From Deltaproteobacteria bacterium (GTDB taxonomy: Bacteria > Myxococcota > Myxococcia > SLRQ01), in contig SLRQ01000005.1 in the NCBI GenBank assembly GCA_007130885.1, positions 5,542 through 69,541 on the forward strand: 64,000 nt of DNA. Direction: 5' to 3'. The notes beneath the pieces were generated by a model. That model was given only the letters and a program-made list of their open reading frames with translations, was not told where the DNA came from and ran no database searches. Made by a program: the position numbers and the translations under genes. Positions 1 to 8,161 of the stretch are shown in pieces (within the stretch, counting starts at the first letter, position 1; each line of letters opens with the position of its first letter).

Positions 1-2
1 TG

Positions 3-755
3 GAAGAAGCGGTTGAGTCAGGGATCGAATATGTCGTGCTCGTCACCGGTAGGGGGAAAGGCGCAATCGAGGATCACTTCGATATTGCCTACGAGCTGGA
101 GCACACCCTCGAGATGCGCGGAAAGACGGATCTTCTATCAAAAATGCGTGCTATCGCGGAGAGAGGGTCACTGATAAGCATCCGCCAAAAGCAGGCCTTG
201 GGGCTCGGCCACGCGGTGCTTACCGCCCGGGGTGTAGTGGATGACGAGGAGAGCTTCGCGGTACTCCTCGGTGACGATATATACGATGCCGAGGTGCCGG
301 CCACCCGCCAGCTCATGGATGCTCACGAAAAGACCGGCCGCGGAGCCATATCCCTCATGGAGGTTCCAAGGGAGCAGACCAACAAGTACGGCATAGTATC
401 CGGACGCAAGCGAGAGGATGGTGTTTTTGAGATAGAAGCGCTCGTTGAAAAGCCCGACCCCAAGAACGCTCCCAGCAACCTCGCGATCGTTGGACGCTAC
501 GTGCTTCCGGGCAAGGTGTTCAAGCTGATAGCGGAGACCCCGCCCGGTCATGGAGGAGAGATACAGCTGACCGATGCCTTGCAGGGGCTAGCGGATGATG
601 AAGGGCTCGTCGGCGTGGTATGTAAAGGCGTTCGGCACGATGCGGGCGACAAGCTGGGGTGGCTTCGCGCAAATCTGGTTTATGCTCTAAAAGACGAGGA
701 GCTGAAGGAACCTTTGCTCTCCACCATGCGAGAGATGTTGGAAGAACACAAATGA
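3..755 (+). CDS. galU: UTP--glucose-1-phosphate uridylyltransferase, 5'-truncated at window edge
   Basis: The frame is open from nt 3. Translation EEAVESGIEYVVLVTGRGKGAIEDHFD ... VGRYVLPGKVFKLI matches the GalU signature. No start codon in window. Confidence 0.85.
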   Translation, partial: EEAVESGIEYVVLVTGRGKGAIEDHFDIAYELEHTLEMRGKTDLLSKMRAIAERGSLISIRQKQALGLGHAVLTARGVVDDEESFAVLLGDDIYDAEVPATRQLMDAHEKTGRGAISLMEVPREQTNKYGIVSGRKREDGVFEIEALVEKPDPKNAPSNLAIVGRYVLPGKVFKLIAETPPGHGGEIQLTDALQGLADDEGLVGVVCKGVRHDAGDKLGWLRANLVYALKDEELKEPLLSTMREMLEEHK

Positions 756-1492
756 TGAAAAAAGTCCCTAGGCCGACAGCCGTTGCGATTACAGTCGTTG
801 CCGCTTCGCTACTTCTCTTTCCAGCGGCTGCGTACATCTTGCCGTTCGATCCATTGCTGGAGCAGCTAGGTGAAAAGCGCAAGGAAGAGGAGGAGATCGG
901 CCGCGTCTTCCGTGGGAAGCTGACCTTTCACGACGTGGATGGCGTGGAGGTGGCCGTGCCCGCGACCCGTGCTGTTCGTGCCGACGGGCATTGCCGTATC
1001 GAGCTGAATTTAGAGCCCGATCATGAACTCGAGGGGGCCTATGTCAACTGGGATGGTAGGCGCGCCGCCGGCTCGGGGGAGGCGGTTTTAGAGCCGCTGA
1101 TGATGCTGGAGACGTTGGCCTGTCCGCTCTTCGCGCTTGGCACCCACGCCGAGCCCTTGATACGCGGGCAGGTTGATCTGCTGGGCGTGGACGTGGAGCA
1201 AGTCGGCTACGGCAGGCTCGAAGGAAAGGTGGCGTACGTCATCGGAGGACGATCGTGGGAGACACACCTCCCTCAGGTCTGGCTGCACAAGGAGACGCTG
1301 GTTCCCCTGCGCGCGCTGGGTGAGATCGACGGAAGGGCAGCGGATGTGCGAATGATGGGCCGGGAGGACCGCGAGTCGGGTGAGTGGCACCCTACAAGGA
1401 TCGAGCTTTATCTCGACGGTATGCTTGCTGTCACGTTCGATGCTCGGGAGGTAGACCACGACGTCGATCTTCCGGCGAGCCTTTTTCGATAA
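752..1492 (+). CDS. hypothetical secreted protein with N-terminal signal peptide
   Basis: The ATG at 752 overlaps the galU stop (ATGA). The product starts MMKKVPRPTAVAITVVAASLLLFPAAA, a signal-peptide-like sequence. The ORF track's upstream extension to 659 overlaps galU in another frame and is unlikely. Confidence 0.5.
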   Translation: MMKKVPRPTAVAITVVAASLLLFPAAAYILPFDPLLEQLGEKRKEEEEIGRVFRGKLTFHDVDGVEVAVPATRAVRADGHCRIELNLEPDHELEGAYVNWDGRRAAGSGEAVLEPLMMLETLACPLFALGTHAEPLIRGQVDLLGVDVEQVGYGRLEGKVAYVIGGRSWETHLPQVWLHKETLVPLRALGEIDGRAADVRMMGREDRESGEWHPTRIELYLDGMLAVTFDAREVDHDVDLPASLFR

Positions 1493-1522
1493 CGTCTGCG
1501 CGTTTGCCCATGAGGTACACAA

Positions 1523-4000
1523 GTGTCCGACTCGCGGCCGCGTCAGCGTGACGGAGAGTTGATCGAGGTTGCGGTCGCGCTCCCCGTGGCGAGCAGCTTC
1601 GTCTATGCGGCTTGTGACGGAGAGGCGCCACCGCGGCCGGGCTGTCGCGTTCTCGTTCCGTTCGGCAAAAGAAGGGTCACCGGCTACGTGCTTGGCGCCG
1701 CCGAGGCGCCCCCGTCCGGCGTCTCCGTCAGGAAGATAGCCGGATGCTTGGACAGCTCTCCAATGCTCACTCCGGAGGTGATTTCGCTTTGCAGGTGGGC
1801 GGCGGAATACTACATGCACCCGCTTGGAGAGGTTTTGAGCACCGCGCTTCCTCCTGGACTTCAAGTCTCGAGCGAGCGTTGGGCTACCATCACCGAGGCC
1901 GGAAAGAGCGCGGAGAGCTCGGATCCCGAAATCAAGGAGGCTCTATCTTGCCTGCGTGAACGTAGCTCCGGAGTGAGGGTGGGAGGTAGGCGAGGCCACC
2001 TACCCCTAAATATCGTCCAGCGGCTCGTTCGCCGAGGCTGGGTGAGCATCGACGAGAGAATGGGTTCTTCCCGGACAGGTCACCGCACCACGAGGCTAAT
2101 CTCCCCATTGGTTGACCGGGACACGGCGGGCGAGATGCTTCCCGCCGGGGCTCCTGTTCAGGCTGCCGTAATGGAGTGGCTTGCCGTTCACGGCCCCGTA
2201 ACGAGCGAGGAGCTGCGAGCGGCTTTCCCGAAGGCTGGGAATGCCTTGCGCCGGCTCTCCGAACGTGGGCTCGTCTCGGTGGAGGAGGTGCATGCCGTCA
2301 GGCATGTATGCACCCATGACGACGAGGCACTGGCTGGTGAGTCAACGCCCCACCGGCCTACGTCGGATCAGAAAGCCGTTCTGAACCACCTGATCGGGGC
2401 TCTCGGGCCCCCTGGGCAGGCTGGGAAGTTCTCGCCGTTTCTTCTGGAAGGAGTGACGGGAAGTGGAAAGACCGAGGTGTATCTTCGGCTCATAGAGGAG
2501 ATCTTGCCAAGAGGGAGGGGCGCGCTGGTACTAGTGCCCGAGATAGCACTGACGCCACAGCTTGCAGGGAGATTTCGGGCTAGGCTTGGCGATCTCGTGG
2601 CGGTACTTCACTCCGGGCTTTCAGCGGGTGAGCGCCATGACGAATGGTGGCGGCTGCGTAGAGGAGAGGCTCGAGTAGCCGTGGGGGTGCGTTCGGCTGT
2701 TTTCGCTCCGGTTGCGGATCTGGGTCTCGTCGTGGTCGACGAGGAGCACGAAACCTCTTTCAAGCAGGAGGAGGGGTTTCGGTATCACGCCCGCGATCTG
2801 GCACTGGTTCGCGGCAGCAAAGCGGGCGCGGTGGTACTACTCGGCTCCGCGACCCCTTCGATGGAATCGCTGGAGAATGCTCGGAGAGGGCGGTACGGTC
2901 ACCTTCGTCTTCCTGAACGGGTAATGGGCCGAAGGCTGCCCGATGTAACGGTCGTCGATCTTCGGCGGGAACTTCCGCGTTCCGGTACGAGGGTGAATGC
3001 GGGCGGGGCGCTGCTGTCCGACAAGCTTCTTTCGACGCTTGCGGATACCGTTTCCTCCGGCAAGCAGGCCATAGTTTTTCTCAACCGGCGCGGGCACGCC
3101 CCATCGGTCGTGTGCGTGGATTGCGGTGAGGTCGCGCGCTGTCCAGGATGCGAGGTGAGCCTTACTCTGCACGTGAGGCCGCGCAGGATGCTTTGTCATT
3201 ACTGCGGACATGAGTGCCTACCCTCCGAAATCTGTGCCGCATGCGAGGGGCGCCTTCGACCGATCGGTGCTGGGACGCAGGCCGTGGAGGATGAGATCTT
3301 GCATCGACTTCCCTCATTGCGCGTGAGCAGGCTCGATAGGGATACGACCTCGCGAAGAGGAGCGGTCTCGAGGATTCTCTCTCATTTTGCCGGGGGGAGA
3401 AGCGACGTTCTCCTGGGAACGCAGATGGTCGCCAAGGGCCACGACTTTCCCGGAGTCACGTTGGTGGGAGTGGTTCTCGCGGATACCGGCCTACTGATGC
3501 CTGACTTTCGGGCCGCCGAGCGTACGTTCCAGATCCTATCCCAGGTGGCCGGCCGTGCCGGGCGTGGGGACGAGCCCGGGAAAGTCTTGGTTCAAACCTG
3601 GCGCCCGGAGCAACCGTCCGTTTGTCTTGCCTCGGCCGCCGACTACAAAGGTTTTTCGTCAATGGAGCTGGAACGAAGACGAGCGGGTCGGTGGCCGCCG
3701 TTTTGTCGCCTCTTGATGGTGCGAGTGGAAGGGGAAGACGCGGAAGCCGTCGCCAGCTCCGCCGCTGCAATCGCCACTACGGCCGAGGCGGCGGCTGTGG
3801 CCTACCCCGAGGCGGATCTCGAGGTTCTGGGGCCGGCGCCGGCTCCCCTCACCAAGCTGCGGGGCCGTTACCGCTTTCAGGTGTTGCTAAAGGCTCCTTC
3901 GCCGTGGATGATACGATGGATCAGCGGCGCGTTGTCGTCCGTGGAACCCGCAACGGGGGTCGATGTAGCTTTGGACGTCGATCCCGTCGGGATGTTATAG
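1523..4000 (+). CDS. priA: primosomal protein N' (replication restart helicase PriA)
   Basis: Walker A GVTGSGKTEVYL and DEEHE motif. Cys-rich zinc-binding region CVDCGEVARCPGC...CHYCGHEC...CAACEG. GTG start preceded by GAGGT. Confidence 0.9.
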   Translation: MSDSRPRQRDGELIEVAVALPVASSFVYAACDGEAPPRPGCRVLVPFGKRRVTGYVLGAAEAPPSGVSVRKIAGCLDSSPMLTPEVISLCRWAAEYYMHPLGEVLSTALPPGLQVSSERWATITEAGKSAESSDPEIKEALSCLRERSSGVRVGGRRGHLPLNIVQRLVRRGWVSIDERMGSSRTGHRTTRLISPLVDRDTAGEMLPAGAPVQAAVMEWLAVHGPVTSEELRAAFPKAGNALRRLSERGLVSVEEVHAVRHVCTHDDEALAGESTPHRPTSDQKAVLNHLIGALGPPGQAGKFSPFLLEGVTGSGKTEVYLRLIEEILPRGRGALVLVPEIALTPQLAGRFRARLGDLVAVLHSGLSAGERHDEWWRLRRGEARVAVGVRSAVFAPVADLGLVVVDEEHETSFKQEEGFRYHARDLALVRGSKAGAVVLLGSATPSMESLENARRGRYGHLRLPERVMGRRLPDVTVVDLRRELPRSGTRVNAGGALLSDKLLSTLADTVSSGKQAIVFLNRRGHAPSVVCVDCGEVARCPGCEVSLTLHVRPRRMLCHYCGHECLPSEICAACEGRLRPIGAGTQAVEDEILHRLPSLRVSRLDRDTTSRRGAVSRILSHFAGGRSDVLLGTQMVAKGHDFPGVTLVGVVLADTGLLMPDFRAAERTFQILSQVAGRAGRGDEPGKVLVQTWRPEQPSVCLASAADYKGFSSMELERRRAGRWPPFCRLLMVRVEGEDAEAVASSAAAIATTAEAAAVAYPEADLEVLGPAPAPLTKLRGRYRFQVLLKAPSPWMIRWISGALSSVEPATGVDVALDVDPVGML

Positions 4001-4028
4001 CCTTACGTGTCGGTCAGCGGCTGGCGAG

Positions 4029-6197
4029 GTGTCAATGTCAAGACGAGTTCTCATCATCGATGACGATTTAGCCACGGTGTCCGCGGCGCGGCGTTCGTTG
4101 AAGGCCGTAGGGTATCAGCCGATGGTGGCCGCGAGCCGTGCGGACGCGGAAGCCGCGCTCGAGGACGGCATCGTTGATCTCGTAGTGATGTCACTTGGCG
4201 TCGAAGATGGAAGCGGTCTCGATAGATTCGAGGAGCTAAGGCGGCGCCCCGACATGCTGGTGCTACCAGTCTTGTTGATAGGCGATGGTACCGGGAATGT
4301 GTGCGATGAGGATTCCGCGGTCGAGTACGGTGCTGATGGTTACGCGGGCAGTCCGGTTGATTGGAAGGCTCTCGCAGAGGGTTTAGGCTCGTATTTCGGT
4401 GAGGGCGATCAAGATACTGCCCAGGAAGAGCATGACCTGGGGTTTTCGCTCGGCGGCCATGACGATCTCCAGAGCGGTGTTGCGGCACAGGCTGGGGCGG
4501 CCGGTAAGTCCGGCGACTGGGGAGCTAAGGTCTTGGAGGCCGACTGGCGCACCGTCAAGTGCAGCACGCCCAAGGAGAATCGGCTTGGCGGCGGATGGGG
4601 GAGCCAGGGCCTCGATGGAGAGATCGAGCTGGCTGCGCAAGAGCAAGAAGGTTTCTCTCCAAGAGCTGGGCGCCTCCCTGACGTAGTCGATGAGGAGGTG
4701 GGCCGCACAGTGGTGAGCGTGGGCGGAGCTGGTAGGGAGGCGACGGAGCGGGATCCGATCGAGGACACCGCGCTCGAGGATCCATCGATGGAGGACACCG
4801 TGCTCGAGGATCCATCGATGGAGGACACCGTGCTCGAGGATCCATCGATGGAAAACGAACTCGACACTTCGGTGGAGGACGAGACCGACTTCGGTGACCT
4901 CATGCTGGGCGAAGATGAAGATGTACCCTCTAAAACCATGACCGGCGAGGAACAGGCATCTCCCGTGGGGGCCGCGGAGCCGCAAGGCGCTTCGGAGAGC
5001 ATGGCGGAGGACGAGACGGACTTTGGTGATCTCTTCTCGGACGAGGAATACGTCGAGGCTGGTGATTCTCCAGAGGAGCGCGTGGCATCTCCGAAACCCG
5101 GTGAGGTCGGCGTTCCCAGCCGGGTCGGCCAAGCTCCGTCGATGCCCGCCATGCCCCCCGAAGGCGATCTCTCGAATATGGATGTCCCGCATCTTCTCGC
5201 CAAGGCCTGGCGGTGCAGGGCGACCGGAGCACTTCAACTGGAGAGCCCGGCCGGAAGGAGGCAGGTGCACTTCGAGAACGGGCGCCCCGTGGCTTTCATG
5301 ACCGAGGTAGGTGAAGAGCAGCTATACGAGGTGGCTTTGCGCCTGGGGATAGTGACACCCGAGCAGGCCGAGAAGGTGGCCGGCGGGTCTCGCTCCGCCA
5401 GAGAGCAGGCAGGCAAGCTGGTTGAGCTTGGAGCAATGAAGCCGGGCGAGGTCTTCGATACGGTGCGTGCCGCGGCGCATGCCGCTCTGTTTGGGGCTTT
5501 TTCGGACCAGGCGGGAAGCTGGGTGTGGTCCGAGGGCGAGAAATGCCCGGCCGAGCTACGGGTAGAACTTCCCGAACACCCGTATGCGCTGATAGCCGAA
5601 GGCGTTCGAAGGAAGCTGTCTCTCGACGCAGTGTCGTCTCGTCTAGGCGGGCCCTCCGCGATACTCGAGACCTCGGAGGACATGGAACTCGAGTTGCTCG
5701 AGCTTGGCTCCAGGGAACGAAGATTGGCGAAGAAGATCGACGGAAACACCAAGGCCGGGGATCTTGTCTTCGAATCGGGGCTGGGAGAGGAGGGGACTTA
5801 CCAGACCTTGTATAGTTTGGTTGCCTCGGGGCAGGCGGTGGTCAGGGAGCACGATTCCGCTACCCAAGGACGGCGGCCAGCTAACGATGAGCGCCTGGCG
5901 GACGTGGCCATTGATCGAAACAGGGCACTGGAGAAGTTCAAGCAGGTGCTTGGAGGTAACCATTTCGAGATTCTCGGTGTTCACCCGCGGGCGACGTCCT
6001 ACGAGGTTCATGTGGCCTATGACCGACTGTCTCGGCTCTTCGGTTGGGACACTTACGGTAGTGACGAGTTCAAGGATCTTTGGGACAAAGTAGAGGAGAT
6101 TCGCGCCGCCTTGGATGACGCGCGCGACGTGATTGGCTCCGACAGCTCTCGGGCGGACTACCTAGAGGAGCTACGGGCAAGAAAGACGGGCCTCTGA
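4029..6197 (+). CDS. response-regulator receiver - DUF4388/PATAN - C-terminal J-like domain protein with acidic repeat linker
   Basis: N-terminus RVLIIDDDLATVSAARRSLKAVGYQPMVAASRADAEAALEDGIVDLVVMSL is a CheY-like receiver. The middle MDVPHLLAKAWRCRATGALQLESPAGRRQVHFENGRPV matches DUF4388. The C-terminus HFEILGVHPRATSYEVHVAYDRLSRLFGWD resembles a J-domain helix II/III, but no HPD tripeptide is visible. A long D/E-rich repeat region lies in between. Confidence 0.75.
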   Translation: MSMSRRVLIIDDDLATVSAARRSLKAVGYQPMVAASRADAEAALEDGIVDLVVMSLGVEDGSGLDRFEELRRRPDMLVLPVLLIGDGTGNVCDEDSAVEYGADGYAGSPVDWKALAEGLGSYFGEGDQDTAQEEHDLGFSLGGHDDLQSGVAAQAGAAGKSGDWGAKVLEADWRTVKCSTPKENRLGGGWGSQGLDGEIELAAQEQEGFSPRAGRLPDVVDEEVGRTVVSVGGAGREATERDPIEDTALEDPSMEDTVLEDPSMEDTVLEDPSMENELDTSVEDETDFGDLMLGEDEDVPSKTMTGEEQASPVGAAEPQGASESMAEDETDFGDLFSDEEYVEAGDSPEERVASPKPGEVGVPSRVGQAPSMPAMPPEGDLSNMDVPHLLAKAWRCRATGALQLESPAGRRQVHFENGRPVAFMTEVGEEQLYEVALRLGIVTPEQAEKVAGGSRSAREQAGKLVELGAMKPGEVFDTVRAAAHAALFGAFSDQAGSWVWSEGEKCPAELRVELPEHPYALIAEGVRRKLSLDAVSSRLGGPSAILETSEDMELELLELGSRERRLAKKIDGNTKAGDLVFESGLGEEGTYQTLYSLVASGQAVVREHDSATQGRRPANDERLADVAIDRNRALEKFKQVLGGNHFEILGVHPRATSYEVHVAYDRLSRLFGWDTYGSDEFKDLWDKVEEIRAALDDARDVIGSDSSRADYLEELRARKTGL
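4761..4850 (+). repeat. 3 x 30-bp perfect/near-perfect tandem repeat inside CDS (encodes EDT[A/V]LEDPSM x3)
   Basis: gaggacaccg[c/t]gctcgaggatccatcgatg is repeated head-to-tail three times. It is in frame with the 4029..6197 CDS. Confidence 0.9.
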
Positions 6198-6365
6198 TCG
6201 GCTCGCTCCCCGCGGCGGGCTAGCGCCCGCATGCGGATAGTCAGGAGGGCGTACCGGAACTTACGGAGGAGAGGGGTCGGTTTCAAACCGGCGCGCCGGC
6301 TTTGCACGTCTTGGCCAGGTTCCTATACTGTCGCGGTTCCTCTCGCTTTTTCGGGGATTATTCCC

Positions 6366-6878
6366 ATGGCCGTTAGAGACATAGTCATTTGGCCGGACAA
6401 GTGCCTCAAGGACAAGGCGGAGCCGGTATCCGTCTTCGATGAGTCCTTGCAAGATCTGCTCGACGACATGCTTGATACAATGTACGCGGCTGACGGCATC
6501 GGCCTTGCGGCTCCCCAGATAGGAGTGAGCCTACGGGCCTTTGTTGTCGATCCGGGTGCCAGGGAGGGTCCCGCCGAGCCTCGTTTCTTCATCAACCCCG
6601 AGGTCGTGGAGGCGGAAGGAGAGATATGGTTCGAGGAGGGCTGTCTCTCGGTTCCCGGCGAGGTCGTCGAGGTGAAGCGATATACGAGCGTCAAGATGCG
6701 GGCTCTCGGCGGAGACGGAGAGCCTTTCGAGATAACAGCGAACGATCTGCTTGCCATTGCTCTCCAACACGAGCTGGACCATATCGACGGCATGCTGATC
6801 GTGGACAGGCTTTCGACAATAAAGCGAACTCTCGTAAAGAAGAGGATGCGGGATCTGAAAGAGGGCCGGCAAGCATGA
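6366..6878 (+). CDS. def: peptide deformylase
   Basis: GIGLAAPQIG, EGCLSVPG and HELDHIDG metal-binding motifs. ATG at 6366 preceded by GGGGA; the ORF-track start at 6231 is an extension. Confidence 0.85.
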   Translation: MAVRDIVIWPDKCLKDKAEPVSVFDESLQDLLDDMLDTMYAADGIGLAAPQIGVSLRAFVVDPGAREGPAEPRFFINPEVVEAEGEIWFEEGCLSVPGEVVEVKRYTSVKMRALGGDGEPFEITANDLLAIALQHELDHIDGMLIVDRLSTIKRTLVKKRMRDLKEGRQA

Positions 6879-6940
6879 GCCGGTAGGGCTCGTGTTAGGC
6901 TTTGGCCTTCTTGCCCACCCCCCGGGAAGGTTGGACCGAA

Positions 6941-8161
6941 ATGACGATGAAAGGGCACTCATACTCTCGAGCCATTGCCGCTATGGGTGTCTTCTTCATC
7001 GCGGGAAGCTTTCTCGCATGTCGCGACGATGACAGTGGGGGGCAAGGCGGGATGGGGATGGGACGGGGAGGTCCCCAGGCCACCGTCGTGCGGGTGGCGA
7101 AGGTAGCCGCCGGGTCCATAGACGCCCGTAGCACCTACGTGGCCGAGACTCGTCCAGGAGCGGACGTTCGCCTGTCGGCGGAGGTGTCGGGTATCCTAGA
7201 AGCGGTTTACGTGGACCTTGGAGACGAGGTCGAAAGAGGTCAGATCCTTGCTCGGGTCAGGAGCGGAACATTTAGTCAAGCAGTGGGCGAGGCACGAGCA
7301 TCGGTCGGTCAGGCCGAGGCCGCCGTGCTTCGAGCGGGCGTTGATCTGGATCTTGCGGAAAAGGAGCTTCATAGAGCCGGGAAGCTCCACGAACGTGGAG
7401 CCATCACCGGATCGGAGATGGAGACGATCGAAGGTCGTCATCGCTCCGCGAGAGCGGCTCTAGAGCTTGCGAGAGCCGACGAGAGAGCCCGCCGGGCTAG
7501 GCTCGAGCGGGCTCGGATAGACATGGCCAACACCAAAATCGCGGCGCCTTTTTCCGGAGCCATCGCCGAGCGCAGCGTTGACCCTGGCGCGCTGGTCAGT
7601 CCCGGGACGCAGCTCTTCAGGATAATAGACACGGGTCAGATCGTGGCGCGGTTCGCGGCGCCGTCGGCTGATGTAGCGCGCATGGCCGTTGGAAAGGACG
7701 TCGAGGTGTCGTTCGATGCTCTCGGAGGCCCTCCGATCAGAGGCATGATCGACAGGGTTTCGCCGTTGGTCGACCAGCAGACCCGCACAACCGCCGTGGA
7801 GGTGATCCTGGATGGCGGAGACGGAGTTCGACCCGGAATGTTCGCGAGGGTTACGGCCGTACTCGAGTCTCGCGAGGACGTACCGCTGGCTCCTGTTCCG
7901 GCGCTGGTGAGCCGGCAGGTTTCCGACGTGGATCAGGCGCGGGATGGGGTCTTTGTCGTTCGCGGTGAGACTGCTCATTTCACCGTTATCGAGCAGGGCG
8001 TGCGGGGCCGCGACTACGTCGAGGTTCTAGGAGGCTTGGAGGTCGGGGACAGCATCGTTGTGGCTGGACACTCGCAGCTTCGGGATGGAGGAGCCGTGCG
8101 CTTGTTCGAGGAGCGGGAAGACCGAGCGGCGGCCTCCGGCAATGAGCGGGAAGGTTCATGA
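6941..8161 (+). CDS. efflux RND transporter periplasmic adaptor (membrane fusion protein) lipoprotein
   Basis: Lipoprotein signal with FLAC lipobox. The sequence matches the HlyD/AcrA-like alpha-hairpin and beta-barrel region. The stop overlaps the downstream RND pump start (ATGA). RBS GGGAAGG upstream of ATG 6941. Confidence 0.8.
   Translation: MTMKGHSYSRAIAAMGVFFIAGSFLACRDDDSGGQGGMGMGRGGPQATVVRVAKVAAGSIDARSTYVAETRPGADVRLSAEVSGILEAVYVDLGDEVERGQILARVRSGTFSQAVGEARASVGQAEAAVLRAGVDLDLAEKELHRAGKLHERGAITGSEMETIEGRHRSARAALELARADERARRARLERARIDMANTKIAAPFSGAIAERSVDPGALVSPGTQLFRIIDTGQIVARFAAPSADVARMAVGKDVEVSFDALGGPPIRGMIDRVSPLVDQQTRTTAVEVILDGGDGVRPGMFARVTAVLESREDVPLAPVPALVSRQVSDVDQARDGVFVVRGETAHFTVIEQGVRGRDYVEVLGGLEVGDSIVVAGHSQLRDGGAVRLFEEREDRAAASGNEREGS

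Noticed and set aside
659-751. Upstream extension of the 752..1492 ORF overlapping the galU 3' end
   Set aside because: It would overlap galU out of frame for 97 nt. An ATG at 752 with an ATGA stop/start overlap and an immediate signal peptide is the parsimonious start.
4383-5270. Multiple 100-300-aa minus-strand ORFs across the acidic-repeat region of the REC-PATAN-J gene
   Set aside because: The reverse translation of a GAG/GAC-rich repeat gives Ser/Leu/Pro-rich junk. The sense strand carries three recognisable domains.
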